Assembly (NCBI GenBank): GCA_902800305.1
Contig: CADCDP010000009.1
Span: 61,734-125,733, forward strand
DNA: 64,000 nucleotides
Direction: 5' to 3'
Source of the DNA: an uncultured Bacteroidales bacterium
Lineage (GTDB): Bacteria > Bacteroidota > Bacteroidia > Bacteroidales > Bacteroidaceae
Shown: positions 1-9,792 of the stretch, piece by piece
Position numbering within the stretch: position 1 is the first letter of the stretch
Layout of the letters: every line of letters starts with the position of its first letter
Notes under the pieces: model-generated
Told to the model about the DNA's origin: nothing
Seen by the model: the letters and a program-made list of their open reading frames with translations, nothing else
Database searches by the model: none
Translations under genes and position numbers: made by a program

Positions 1-1869
1 GCCGTCCTCAAGGCTCATCCTATCGGCATTCAGCGTCAAATATTGGGTGCGATAGCCATCAGATTTCACTCTGTCCGTTGCCTCCACCAGTTCGATTTTT
101 ATTGAGCCGGAGGGATTATTGTTGCCGCCGCCCATACCGTTCGTCTGGACGATTCCGGAGAAGATGCGGATTATTCCGCCATAGCCACCTTGCTGATTAG
201 GATAAGGAGTACTGCCGCCGCCTATCCCGCCGTTAGCCGTAACCTTGGCACCGATGATGGTGATGTCTCCGCCAGCACCAGAAGTACCGCCGCCAATTCC
301 AGCTGCGCCGCCACTGCCTCCTGTAACATCAATCTCTACGCCGTACAAAAACAGCTCCCCGCAAGCCCCATTGTCATTACCGCCGATACCCGCCTTGTAA
401 TTGTCAACTCCATTGATGATGAGTTTTCCCGTCCCTTTGCTCTGGCCGTAAATGTAAAGCGTGTTATCACTTTCGAGAAGTATTCCTTTGGGAAGATTCA
501 GGGTCGCGCCGTCGCAGAGTATCAGGTGTTTTTTCCCTTTGATTTCAATTCGCCTGTCGATTGTGGTCTCATCGCAGATGTACCACCAGTCGCCTTTAGG
601 GGTGTTCGAGGCGGTGTAGCGTTCTGCCGTGTGGTTCCATTTATTCTTGTAACCGTTCTCACTAATTTGAATATAGGGGATGGCATCCTGTGTGAACACC
701 TCAAACGGCCATGAAACACTGCCCGCGTAAAGTTGTCCCGTCCCTGTAACCTTTAGCGTGTAGTCCCCTGTGGCTGTGATGTTCGTAACGGCGTTTCCGC
801 TGTTGTCCAGAATCTGCGCGGTGTAGTCCGTCCCGCTCCTGAGGGTTTCGCCGTCACACTTGACCTTGTAATCCAGATTCACTCCCGCAGAAAGGTCATA
901 CAATGATGAAAGCCCGTCGATTTCCGCAGTGCCTGTTGCCCAGTACTGATTGTTGTCGGCGGCTGTAACCTTGTTCGTGAAGATGCTGTCCGGAGCTTCA
1001 GTGTAAATGCGTTTACCCTGTAGCTTGTCGAATCGATAGCTCCCGTCTGTTATTATATAATAGCATGACCGCATAAATGAATCACCACCATTGTTGATGT
1101 AGAATGGATTGAAACGGCCGCATGCAGTAACGCTTGCCGGTTCAGAAAGGCAGTCGGTGAAATCGGCATAGGCACGGTAATCGTTTAATCCCACAAAACC
1201 GCTGTTCGATGAAGTGTAGCCCGCGCCTGCAATCCTACCGTTGAACACACAGTTTCTGAACGTGAGAGAGCCTTGGTTCCAGCCGATGAAGCCTCCGTTA
1301 TTACGACTCTCCGTTCTGTTGGAGCTGATAGTGACGGAGCTGGTGCAGTTCTCGATGGTGTTGTTGCCCTCTGCATATCCCGCTATACCGCCCGCAAATC
1401 TCTTACCGACCACGATGGAACCCTCAATCTTGAGGTTCTTGATTGTTGCTCCCGAAATACGTTCGAATGGAGCCGCGGATGCTAACACCAGATTCACATA
1501 GTTGAAAGTCAGGGTATGCCCTCCACCGTCGAACGTTCCTTTAAATCTCTTAACAATCATCCTGTCGAAAGCCTTAGTGTCTTTCGCTAAACTCCAGTTT
1601 CCCTCGATGGTGATGTCGCTGTTGAGCTTGAAGAATTTTCCTGTGTGATTGTCCTCGCTGACATCGCAGAAGTTTACGAATGTCTCCCAGTCCGCTGCGC
1701 TGTTGATGAGGTAGGGGCTGCCCTCCGTGCCGTTTCCGCTCAGCGTACCGTCCGCCCAGGCTGTCACCGCCGTGAGCATCATCACAGCGAGCGTCATCGC
1801 CGCCCGCCTCGCTGCACCGCCCAGCCTCGTGGCTCTCGGTGCCCATGCTTTTTCACTGTTCTTTTTCAT
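1..1869 (-). CDS. Secreted cell-surface protein with GLUG-type repeats. The N-terminal 623 codons are present and the C-terminus lies beyond the left window edge.
   Basis: Absent from the ORF track because it has no in-window stop. I checked every minus-frame codon from the ATG (1869-1867) down to position 1 and found no stop. The N-terminus ...MTLAVMMLTAVTAWA looks like a signal peptide. FAGGIAGYAEGNNTIENC and NGGFIGWNQG resemble GLUG motifs. A Gly-rich GGSGGAAGIGGG tract lies near 190-330. Confidence 0.7.
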   Translation of the reverse strand, partial: MKKNSEKAWAPRATRLGGAARRAAMTLAVMMLTAVTAWADGTLSGNGTEGSPYLINSAADWETFVNFCDVSEDNHTGKFFKLNSDITIEGNWSLAKDTKAFDRMIVKRFKGTFDGGGHTLTFNYVNLVLASAAPFERISGATIKNLKIEGSIVVGKRFAGGIAGYAEGNNTIENCTSSVTISSNRTESRNNGGFIGWNQGSLTFRNCVFNGRIAGAGYTSSNSGFVGLNDYRAYADFTDCLSEPASVTACGRFNPFYINNGGDSFMRSCYYIITDGSYRFDKLQGKRIYTEAPDSIFTNKVTAADNNQYWATGTAEIDGLSSLYDLSAGVNLDYKVKCDGETLRSGTDYTAQILDNSGNAVTNITATGDYTLKVTGTGQLYAGSVSWPFEVFTQDAIPYIQISENGYKNKWNHTAERYTASNTPKGDWWYICDETTIDRRIEIKGKKHLILCDGATLNLPKGILLESDNTLYIYGQSKGTGKLIINGVDNYKAGIGGNDNGACGELFLYGVEIDVTGGSGGAAGIGGGTSGAGGDITIIGAKVTANGGIGGGSTPYPNQQGGYGGIIRIFSGIVQTNGMGGGNNNPSGSIKIELVEATDRVKSDGYRTQYLTLNADRMSLEDG

Positions 1870-1907
1870 ATACATCACAAATTAAAAATTGCTTGTTAAT
1901 TTAGCTA

Positions 1908-1915
1908 CAAAGGTA
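1908..1915 (-). promoter_or_regulatory. Bacteroidetes-type -7 promoter box (TACCTTTG on the minus strand) for the GLUG-repeat protein gene
   Basis: Plus-strand caaaggta, about 40 nt upstream of the ATG at 1869. Matches the TAnnTTTG consensus of Bacteroides sigma-A promoters. Confidence 0.5.
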
Positions 1916-1996
1916 AGTAATCTTTGGGGAATAACGTGCGTTTGGGGCGATAAAAGTACAGAAAGCAGACAATATTTAAACATTGACATAACAGAG

Positions 1997-2197
1997 TTTT
2001 TAAAGTCAAAGAATTTCAAGAATAAAAAGAACCATGCGGCTGGGGTAAAGAAGTCCGCAAGCGCTGAGAATTTTAAGAAAACCATGCGGCTTGTTCCCCA
2101 ACGTTGCGTCAGCCTCTTGAAATTCTCTGCGCCGAAGGCAAATTCTTTGGCACCCTGCATAGCTCTTTAAAATCTTAAAATTCTTTGACTTTAAAAA
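1997..2197. repeat. Imperfect palindromic element of about 200 bp with perfect 19-bp termini (tttttaaagtcaaagaatt / aattctttgactttaaaaa)
   Basis: 1997-2015 is the exact reverse complement of 2179-2197, and the arms extend to about 27 bp with 2 mismatches. The interior is also roughly self-complementary: gaatttcaaga-type motifs occur at 2011 and 2067, with reverse complements at 2116 and 2173, and aaccatgcggct occurs at 2030 and 2081. Confidence 0.8.
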
Positions 2198-2210
2198 ACC
2201 TCTGCCCACA

Positions 2211-2302
2211 TCCACTTCAACCGCCTGCCCGTGTCCACTTCAACCGCCTGCCCGTGTCCACTTCAACCGCCTGCCCATATCCACTTCAACCGCCTGCCCG
2301 TG
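2211..2302. repeat. Tandem repeat, 4 x 23 bp (tccacttcaaccgcctgcccgtg)
   Basis: Units at 2211, 2234, 2257 and 2280. The third unit ends ...ccata instead of ...ccgtg. The units are contiguous with no spacers. Confidence 0.9.
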
Positions 2303-2582
2303 TCAATCTTCAGACACAGTCTGTGTTTGTACAAACTCAGGCTAAGATTATACAAACACAGGCTGTGTCTGTACAAACCCAGACTATGTCTGAAAGTTGC
2401 ATGCGGCTTATGTATGAAGTGGATGACGGCTTTTGTTTCGAGTCGTATATGGCTATAGCATCAAGTGGAATCAAGCAACCTTCTGAAGTTTATTACTCTT
2501 TGGGCGGACGAAGAAAAACAGGTAAAAATAGGCAAAACAGAAATAAATTATTGCGACAAGCTTATAAATGAATATTTTTTCG

Positions 2583-2590
2583 TACCTTTG
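2583..2590 (+). promoter_or_regulatory. -7 promoter box TACCTTTG upstream of panC
   Basis: TAnnTTTG match about 93 nt upstream of the panC ATG. The leader carries a 15-bp direct repeat, gcacccgatttacat, at 2590 and 2659. Confidence 0.45.
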
Positions 2591-2682
2591 CACCCGATTT
2601 ACATCATCAGGGCTGCGCCTTAGCATGGCTTAAGCAAGCTTAGCTCTGCATTCGGCTTGCACCCGATTTACATATTGAAGTA

Positions 2683-3552
2683 ATGGAAATTGTTAATTCA
2701 GTAAAGGAACTCAAGGACAAGGTTTCTGCCCTGAGAACAGACAACAAGACCGTTGGACTCGTGCCAACGATGGGGGCGCTCCATGCAGGTCATGCATCGC
2801 TCGTCGCCCGAAGTGTGAAAGAGAATGACGCTACGGTGGTGAGCGTGTTTGTTAACCCCACCCAATTCAACGACAAGAAGGACTTACAGGCTTATCCACG
2901 CACATTGGATGCCGACTGCGCCCTGCTGGAAAGCATCGGTGCCACGTATGTGTTTGCCCCTACGGTGGAGGAAGTCTATCCAGAGCCTGACACGCGCACG
3001 TTCTCTTATCCTCCTACGGACACAGTGATGGAAGGAGCTTTCCGTCCAGGACACTTCAACGGCGTGTGCCAGATTGTGAGCAAGCTCTTTATGTTCGTGG
3101 AGCCCGACCGTGCCTATTTCGGAGAGAAGGATTTCCAGCAGATTGCTGTCATCAAGGCGATGGTGGCCGACTATGTAGCGAAGGATGCTGAATGGGCAAA
3201 GCGGCTCGAAATCTGTCCCTGCCCTATCGTGCGTGAAGAGGACGGACTGGCACTCTCCAGCCGCAACACGCTTTTGGCTGCCAACGAACGTGCCATTGCT
3301 CCCAGCATCTACAAGGCTCTGAAAGCCAGTGTGGAATACAGCAAGACGCACTCCGTGGAGGAAACGAAGCAGAAGGCCATCGCTGACATCAATGCGGTGG
3401 AAGGTCTTGAAGTGCAGTACTACGACATCGTCAATGCGCTCACCCTTGAAAGCGTTGCCTCATGGGACGATGCAGAACACATCCAAGGCTGCATCACTGT
3501 TTTCTGTGGTGCCACTCCTATCCGACTCATCGACAACATCAACTATAAGTGA
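2683..3552 (+). CDS. panC: Pantoate--beta-alanine ligase
   Basis: 289 aa. [18 protein letters not shown] is the HIGH-type signature of PanC. FGEKDFQQ and SSRN motifs are present. Confidence 0.95.
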   Translation: MEIVNSVKELKDKVSALRTDNKTVGLVPTMGALHAGHASLVARSVKENDATVVSVFVNPTQFNDKKDLQAYPRTLDADCALLESIGATYVFAPTVEEVYPEPDTRTFSYPPTDTVMEGAFRPGHFNGVCQIVSKLFMFVEPDRAYFGEKDFQQIAVIKAMVADYVAKDAEWAKRLEICPCPIVREEDGLALSSRNTLLAANERAIAPSIYKALKASVEYSKTHSVEETKQKAIADINAVEGLEVQYYDIVNALTLESVASWDDAEHIQGCITVFCGATPIRLIDNINYK

Positions 3553-3838
3553 CTCAACTTTCGGAAGTTGAGATTTCAAGTGGTTATGGAGGACTCGGCG
3601 TACAAGCCGCCAAAACTCCTTAACTCCTAAACTCCTTAGACAAAAACAATAAACTACCAAGAAGTGAAACTGCCGAAACTTAAATTTTTATATATTTTTG
3701 CCTATTTTTTTCTATTTTTTCTTTCCACGCCCCGCAGGGGCATAGGTTAAATTTTAAATGTTAAATGTCAAATGTAAACTTGGATGATTTGCCGCTTTGC
3801 GGCATTAAAAATAAAAATAAATAAAAACAGATAAAAAC

Positions 3839-4210
3839 ATGAAAAAAATAAGTAAAAAAATGCAGATTGAAGTACTGAAATCGAAGTTGCATTGCGTCAA
3901 GGTGACGGAAGCCAACCTCAACTACATGGGCAGCATCACGATTGACGAAGACCTGATGGATGCTGTCGGCATCATTGCCGGCGAACGTGTCTATATCGTC
4001 AACAACAACAACGGCGAACGCTTTGACACCTACGTCATCCGAGGCGAACGTGGAAGCGGCTGCATCTGCCTGAACGGTGCCGCCGCTCGCAAAGTGCAGG
4101 TGGGCGACATCGTCATCATCATGTCTTACGCTCTCATGGACTTCGAGGAAGCCAAGACCTTCACCCCCAAAGTGGTCTTCCCCGACCAGAACACCAATAA
4201 AATCCTGTGA
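3839..4210 (+). CDS. panD: Aspartate 1-decarboxylase
   Basis: 123 aa. [24 protein letters not shown] contains the G-S self-processing site typical of PanD. The true start may be the second Met at 3860 ([11 protein letters not shown]). Confidence 0.9.
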   Translation: MKKISKKMQIEVLKSKLHCVKVTEANLNYMGSITIDEDLMDAVGIIAGERVYIVNNNNGERFDTYVIRGERGSGCICLNGAAARKVQVGDIVIIMSYALMDFEEAKTFTPKVVFPDQNTNKIL

Positions 4211-4668
4211 AAAAACTGCTTTTTGTCTGTTTGGGAAACATTTGCCGTTCGCCGATGGCTGAGGCCATCATGCGCAAGAAAGTGCATGAACGGGGACTTT
4301 CGGATAGCTATGAAATTGACTCGGCTGGATTGATTGCATACCATGAAGGAGAGGGAGCCGATCCTCGCATGAAGTACCACGCCCGTCGTCACGGGTATCA
4401 TCTCACGCACATCTCACGTCCTATCCGAGAGGTGGACTTCGACCTTTTCGACCTCATCATCAGCATGGACGACAGCAACTGGGAACGCCTACACCGATTG
4501 GCTCCGAGCGTTGAAGCCGAAACAAAGATTGTACGCATGACAGACTACTGCCAGACACACATCATCGACCATGTGCCCGACCCTTATTATGGTGGTGACC
4601 AAGGCTTTGAAAATGTGATTGAAATCCTCGAAGATGCTTGCGAGGGACTGCTCAATGAATGTGAGTAA
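4207..4668 (+). CDS. Low-molecular-weight protein-tyrosine phosphatase family protein
   Basis: 153 aa. The N-terminal [18 protein letters not shown] contains the CX5R(S) P-loop, and a DPYYG motif lies near the C-terminus. It has a GTG start that overlaps the panD stop (GTGA). Confidence 0.85.
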   Translation: MKKLLFVCLGNICRSPMAEAIMRKKVHERGLSDSYEIDSAGLIAYHEGEGADPRMKYHARRHGYHLTHISRPIREVDFDLFDLIISMDDSNWERLHRLAPSVEAETKIVRMTDYCQTHIIDHVPDPYYGGDQGFENVIEILEDACEGLLNECE

Positions 4669-4683
4669 TCCGAACAAAGCGGA

Positions 4684-5376
4684 CTACCCTACCCCCAATG
4701 TCATAGCAACAATAATGACGCAGATGTAGTTGAAGAAAATGAGGGTCATAAAGGTGTCCATGTCGCTTTTAAGATAGCCCGTGGAAGTAAACTGTTCGGA
4801 AACGAACCGTTTAAGACCTAAGCGTGGATGGACATAATGTTCCATGACCCAATAGAAAAGGAAACCAAGAATGGCTCCGACCACCCAGCCGACACACACA
4901 TCCCCTAGATAATGAACACCCAGATACAAACGGGTGAAGGTGGTGGTGAATGTCCAGAAAAAGAGTGTGACCGTTACTTTGGGAGAACGGAAGAGCCACG
5001 AGAGGAACATGGCCATGCACATGGTATTGCAGGCATGGCCGGAGAAAAAGCCGAAACGTCCTCCCCGATAGTTGCGCACGACATCCACCAGATACATCAG
5101 CTGCGGGTCTTGGGTGGGGCGCCATCGAGCCACCATCGGCTTGACCAAGCCTGAACAAATGCGGTCGGCCACGATGATAAGCAAGGCAATCGTAATATAG
5201 ACCATCACAGCCTCTTTCCACGTGTTGTTCTTGAAGATGATGATGAGCAACACGATAATGACCAGCGACCAAGAAAAGGTGTCGGTCACCGTGTACATGA
5301 TGTTGTCCCAGAAGAGACTGTTACTGCCGTTAATGGCCAGTGTGAGCTGATGGTCTAATTCATTGATTTCGTTCAT
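4684..5376 (-). CDS. PAP2-family (acid/lipid phosphatase type 2) membrane protein
   Basis: 230 aa and multi-TM. Carries the PAP2 motifs KPMVARWRP, FFSGHA and TRLYLGVHYLGDV. Its start overlaps the end of the BatE-like gene by 4 nt, so it forms the tail of the bat operon. Confidence 0.8.
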   Translation of the reverse strand: MNEINELDHQLTLAINGSNSLFWDNIMYTVTDTFSWSLVIIVLLIIIFKNNTWKEAVMVYITIALLIIVADRICSGLVKPMVARWRPTQDPQLMYLVDVVRNYRGGRFGFFSGHACNTMCMAMFLSWLFRSPKVTVTLFFWTFTTTFTRLYLGVHYLGDVCVGWVVGAILGFLFYWVMEHYVHPRLGLKRFVSEQFTSTGYLKSDMDTFMTLIFFNYICVIIVAMTLGVG

Positions 5377-6125
5377 ATCACTTCTGCGGCGTTGACGGGT
5401 ATCCAGCCTTGCTTGCCTTCTTCAAATTTCACTTCCATCCATTCTTTCATCGATGCGTCGAGAATCTCCACCTTCGAGCCTTCATGGATGAGGAACAGGT
5501 CGGTGCTGGTCTCACTGGGCGAACTTTTCACCGTGATGGCAGGAGCCATGATAATGGCAGTATTTCTGTTTTTCAGCCCGATATGCTGGGAGATGGCGGC
5601 CAGATTGGCTATCACCATCACAACGAACATGACCATCGCGCCATAGACACCCAATTTACGTGCCCATAGTGGAGTGACAAACATATAGAGGAGGACACCC
5701 AGAAGCATCAACACGAAAGACACAATGCCAAGCGTTGCCCATCCGTTCAGATCCATGCAGTTGGTCAAGTTGCGCCACCATGTGACGAAAAACATCTCCG
5801 ACGGTGGCACTACTTTGTCGATGGTCTTTCCCCGAGCCAAAGCAAGATTGGCACGTATATCACTATCGCCTGGATCGAGAAGGAAAGCGCGTTCGTAGTT
5901 CAACACAGCCAATGGAATTTCATCCATCTTATAATAGCAGTTGCCCAAGTTATAGTAAACCTCCGCAGCCACACCACTGGTCTTCAACACCGATTCGTAG
6001 GCGGCAGCCGCTTCCTTATACTTTTCCTTTCCGTAGAGGGCATCTGCCTCAGCTTTCGTGAAAGCGAACGCTACGCTAAATGATAAATGATAAATGATAA
6101 ATGTTAATGTCAGTATCTTTCTCAT
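5373..6125 (-). CDS. batE: BatE-like protein (TPR repeats + TM segments + C-terminal SH3-like domain)
   Basis: 250 aa. Has a TPR-like AEVYYNLGNCYYKMDE, two hydrophobic segments and a C-terminal EWMEVKFEEGKQGWIP (bacterial SH3-like). It is the last bat gene by synteny. Confidence 0.7.
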   Translation of the reverse strand: MRKILTLTFIIYHLSFSVAFAFTKAEADALYGKEKYKEAAAAYESVLKTSGVAAEVYYNLGNCYYKMDEIPLAVLNYERAFLLDPGDSDIRANLALARGKTIDKVVPPSEMFFVTWWRNLTNCMDLNGWATLGIVSFVLMLLGVLLYMFVTPLWARKLGVYGAMVMFVVMVIANLAAISQHIGLKNRNTAIIMAPAITVKSSPSETSTDLFLIHEGSKVEILDASMKEWMEVKFEEGKQGWIPVNAAEVI

Positions 6126-7969
6126 AGGTTATCCTCCATTTTACTAATGGCACCAATGGCACTATTATACACGTTCTCCATATTTTCGTTGGCATCGCCT
6201 GGAGCATAACGGGCAAACTCACAATCGTTCAGCACTTTCAGGAACTGCTGTATCTGTTCGTCGGGCACCTGACGAGAAGCCAACGACTGAACGATGTTCT
6301 CCTTGTTGAGCGACTCCTGCGACATGTTGAACTTATCGCCCACATATCCCCACAAGGCACGAAGCACCTCATCATAGAACAAGCCCTGCTCGTGGCTATC
6401 CAGAAGTTTTTTAGCGGTCTTCATCTTTCGGAGAGCCACCTTGTTGGCCTTCTTACCACGGGAAACAGCCACATTCGCATTCGCTTTCATCCGTTTACGT
6501 CCCAACACAAGCAGCAACACAAACACCAAGAACGGAAGGAAATAGGCGGCTCCGTATTTCCATGTTCCGAAGAATGTATGCCCTGGTTGATGCAACTCCA
6601 CATCACCCGTCTTGATGAAACGGATGTCTTGGTTGAGCTGTTGCACATCCTGTTGCTGCCCACTATAGTTCGAGACATTCTGACCCGTTCCACCCTTTCC
6701 TTTGTTGACTTTCAACGTATAAGCCTCGGTGGTCAACGTCTTGTAAGAACGGGTATCGGTGTCGAAATAGATAAATTTGGCAGCAGGAATCTCGTAGGTG
6801 CCAGCATGGCGTGGCACCACCAAATACTCAAATTCTTTGGAGCCTGCCAGCCCTGTACGAGTCAACTGGAAATTATCATGTACCTTAGCATCGTAAGTCT
6901 CGAAATCTTTCGGGAAATTCACTTCTGGCGTGGAAATCAGCTTCATGTTGCCACTACCCTTCACGTTAATCTTGAGTGTCACGGCATCGTTGGCATCCAC
7001 TTCCTGTGTGCTGATGCTGGATGAAACTGAGAATTTTCCTACTGCACCCGAGAATCCCGCTGGCTTGTTGGGAAGCGGAGATACATTGATGGTGAGAGCT
7101 GGCGTGGTAATCTTCTTCTTCAGTTCCATCAAGCCGCTTTGACCGTTGAAGAATGCCTCTATCGGGTCGATATTGCGATTACGAGTCATCACAACACCTT
7201 CGTAGGTGATGGAAGGAATGGTCAACTTGCCCGACTTCTGAGGAAAGAGCAGGTACTGGCTCCACACTACGGTACGGTAGTTTCGCCCGTTGTATTGCTC
7301 CAGCGAAAATTCCTTGGTGCGTGGCAGCGGAATCTCCTGAATCTGGAACCCATCAAGCGTGGGAAGCTTACCATCCAGTTCGGTTAGGTCAACCAGCGTG
7401 TAAATCTTGTAGGTCAAAAGGATAGCCTCCTGTTCATGGACATTGGTACGTGAAGCAGTAGCAGTCATAAACAAATCCTTGGTGGAAATGCCATTCCCTG
7501 TCGTGACTGGCACGGAAGACTGGCGACCACTGGCCGAGCCATTACTATTGCCACCATTCGACGGCTGCGAAGCACCACCAGAACCTGCGGAAAGCACCCT
7601 CACCTGTACGGGCTTAGACTTAACCGTCTTTCCCTCCGCCTGCACACTGGCACTTCCTATCGTATAAGTGCCAGGAACATCACCCAAAAGCACAAAAGTA
7701 TAAATAGTGCTGCTGCTTTGAGAAGTGCGGCCATTGATAATCTGGAAACTGCTCTGAGAAGAAGTGGCAGGACCATAAATCACTTCAAACCCCTTGAAGT
7801 CAGGCGAATTAAAGTTCGACACATTCTGTGTGTTGACCGTAAATTGTACCCTAAATTTCCCCCCTGCCTCAACGGTGGAAGGGGCAGAAACCCTCAAAGT
7901 CACATCGCCATCGGCAAACGCTCCGATGGACACGCATATACATATAAATAGATGTAATAGTCGTTTCAT
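6122..7969 (-). CDS. batD: BatD-like oxygen-tolerance protein
   Basis: 615 aa. Signal peptide, long beta-rich ectodomain and one C-terminal TM (YFLPFLVFVLLLVLG). It lies between the BatC- and BatE-like genes with 4-nt overlaps. The call rests on operon synteny. Confidence 0.7.
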   Translation of the reverse strand: MKRLLHLFICICVSIGAFADGDVTLRVSAPSTVEAGGKFRVQFTVNTQNVSNFNSPDFKGFEVIYGPATSSQSSFQIINGRTSQSSSTIYTFVLLGDVPGTYTIGSASVQAEGKTVKSKPVQVRVLSAGSGGASQPSNGGNSNGSASGRQSSVPVTTGNGISTKDLFMTATASRTNVHEQEAILLTYKIYTLVDLTELDGKLPTLDGFQIQEIPLPRTKEFSLEQYNGRNYRTVVWSQYLLFPQKSGKLTIPSITYEGVVMTRNRNIDPIEAFFNGQSGLMELKKKITTPALTINVSPLPNKPAGFSGAVGKFSVSSSISTQEVDANDAVTLKINVKGSGNMKLISTPEVNFPKDFETYDAKVHDNFQLTRTGLAGSKEFEYLVVPRHAGTYEIPAAKFIYFDTDTRSYKTLTTEAYTLKVNKGKGGTGQNVSNYSGQQQDVQQLNQDIRFIKTGDVELHQPGHTFFGTWKYGAAYFLPFLVFVLLLVLGRKRMKANANVAVSRGKKANKVALRKMKTAKKLLDSHEQGLFYDEVLRALWGYVGDKFNMSQESLNKENIVQSLASRQVPDEQIQQFLKVLNDCEFARYAPGDANENMENVYNSAIGAISKMEDNL

Positions 7970-8719
7970 TTACCAATCCTTTTCAAGATTACGACGCTTA
8001 TTATTCTGATTCTTATTTACTTTCCGTTGGACGGCTTTCTCATCTTGCTGAGCCGAGTTGAGCAGTTGTTCAGCAGCTTGGTCGCTCATTTCGTCCTTTT
8101 TCTGCTCAGGTTGAGCCTGTTGCTGTTGTTGTTTTTGTTCCTCCTGTTTCTGTTGCTCTTGCTTCTGCTGCTCCTGCTTCTGTTTTTCTTTCTCCTGCTT
8201 GTCCTTATCCTGATTCTTGTCATTATTGCCACCGCCACCGTTTTGGTCTTGGTTCTTCTTCAACTGATACTGAGCCATCGCCAAGTTGTAACGTGTCTCG
8301 TTATCGTCAGGATTGCAACGCAAAGAACTCTTATAGAAGTTCACCGCATTTTGGAAAGCCCCAGCCGCATTACCCCCTTCCTGGTGCATGGCTGCCAAGC
8401 CTTGGGCATACCAGATATTACCCATATTGTGGAAGTTGCGTGCCTTACGCATCGGGTCGTTGGTGCCGATAGAATCTGCCTTCTTATAGTTCTCGAAGGC
8501 GGTGGAATCCTTCTGCTGCATCACGTAAGCATTACCAAGATTGTAATACCCTTCGAACGAAGGAGATTTTTCAATGGACTTCAGGTATAGGGTTTCTGCC
8601 TTGTCGTACTGCTTCAAGCGATAAGCCACATTGCCCAGACGAATGAGGTCGCGAGCACTTTGCGCCATTGCTGGCAGAACAAGTAAAGATACAAATATAC
8701 TAAAGAATAATCGTCTCAT
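7970..8719 (-). CDS. batC: BatC-like TPR protein with a Q/E/K-rich low-complexity tail
   Basis: 249 aa. Signal peptide, TPR-like YYNLGNAY and RYNLAMAQY, and a KQEQQKQEQQKQEEQKQQQQQ tract. Confidence 0.7.
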   Translation of the reverse strand: MRRLFFSIFVSLLVLPAMAQSARDLIRLGNVAYRLKQYDKAETLYLKSIEKSPSFEGYYNLGNAYVMQQKDSTAFENYKKADSIGTNDPMRKARNFHNMGNIWYAQGLAAMHQEGGNAAGAFQNAVNFYKSSLRCNPDDNETRYNLAMAQYQLKKNQDQNGGGGNNDKNQDKDKQEKEKQKQEQQKQEQQKQEEQKQQQQQAQPEQKKDEMSDQAAEQLLNSAQQDEKAVQRKVNKNQNNKRRNLEKDW

Positions 8720-9736
8720 CTACTTAAAAAGCTTAAATTTACTGAACACATGATTCTGTCTCTCCATGATGCAGAACTCCACAACAAGCACGATGAACAG
8801 CAACAAAGCCACAGCCACAAATTGTTCGTCATACTCTGAGTACATCGACTGGGAAATATCCTCCTTCTGCATCTTTTCTATCTCTTTTTCCAATAGCGAT
8901 TGTGCCATATCGGTCTGGTCAACATGCACATACATTCCGCCACCAGCCTGTGCAATACCCTTGCCTATCTGCTCGTTAAGTTTCGTTGTCACCACATTGC
9001 CAGCCAAGTCTTTCTTGAATGTTCCGTCAGTCATCGGAATCGGGCCACCCTGTACGGTGCCGACCGAAAGGACAAAAATCTGTATGCCCTCTTTCCTTGC
9101 CTGTTTAGCCGCCTCAATAGCACCCGCCTCGTTGTCTTCAGCATCGGTAATGAGGATAAGGGCACGACCCACATTCGTTTTCTTGGAAAATCCAGCAGTG
9201 GCACGAGTGATGGCCTCAGCTACATTCGTACCTTGCATCGCCACAGTCGCAGGATTCAGCTGGTCGAGAAACATCTTTGCCGACACGTAATCGCTGGTGA
9301 GTGGCAACAGCGTGATGGCACTTCCAGCAAAAGCCACAAGCCCCACCTTGTCCTCGTCAAACTGTTCAACCAATTTGCTGACAATCATCTTCGACTTTTC
9401 CAAACGGCTCGGACTCACATCACGACAAAGCATCGAGTTTGAGACATCCACAGCAATAGCCACTTCTATACCAGAACGCTTCACTTCTTCGTTACGGGTG
9501 CCATATTGCGGACGTGCCAACACCACAGCCAACAGCCCGAGAGCCAGCATCATCAAAACAAACTTGACATGCCGACGGAGAGGTGACACATCAGGCATGA
9601 GTTGGCGCATCAGTTCAGGGTCGCCAAACTTTTTCACTTGCCGCTTCATCCTGAACTGCACCAGCATATATATAGCCGTCAACACGGGGATGAGCAGCAA
9701 CAAATATAAGTATATAGGACTTGCAAATCTAAACAC
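8720..9736 (-). CDS. batB: vWA-domain membrane protein BatB
   Basis: 338 aa. N-terminal TM pair, MIDAS-type AVDVSNSM, ILITDAEDN and a C-terminal TM. Confidence 0.8.
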   Translation of the reverse strand: MFRFASPIYLYLLLLIPVLTAIYMLVQFRMKRQVKKFGDPELMRQLMPDVSPLRRHVKFVLMMLALGLLAVVLARPQYGTRNEEVKRSGIEVAIAVDVSNSMLCRDVSPSRLEKSKMIVSKLVEQFDEDKVGLVAFAGSAITLLPLTSDYVSAKMFLDQLNPATVAMQGTNVAEAITRATAGFSKKTNVGRALILITDAEDNEAGAIEAAKQARKEGIQIFVLSVGTVQGGPIPMTDGTFKKDLAGNVVTTKLNEQIGKGIAQAGGGMYVHVDQTDMAQSLLEKEIEKMQKEDISQSMYSEYDEQFVAVALLLFIVLVVEFCIMERQNHVFSKFKLFK

Positions 9737-9792
9737 CTTGTTATCTTCTATTTAACCATTTACAAAATTCTATTATCTTCAAGAGGAGGTGA

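Noticed and set aside
1997-2197. Invertible promoter (inverton) controlling the GLUG surface protein
   Set aside because: The gene has a fixed canonical promoter box outside the element (1908-1915), and no TAnnTTTG lies between the inverted repeats. The element is kept only as a palindromic repeat finding.
2211-2302. Possible CRISPR array
   Set aside because: The repeats are contiguous with no spacers, there are only four units, and no cas genes are present.
2185-2571. 128-aa and 75-aa ORFs spanning the 23-bp tandem repeats
   Set aside because: The peptide is just the repeat translated (HPLQPPARV iterated). There is no promoter box or coding-like composition.
8027-8590. 187-aa ORF with long poly-Leu/Phe runs
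   Set aside because: It is the antisense translation of the Q/E/K-rich low-complexity tail of the BatC-like gene, so it is not a real membrane protein.
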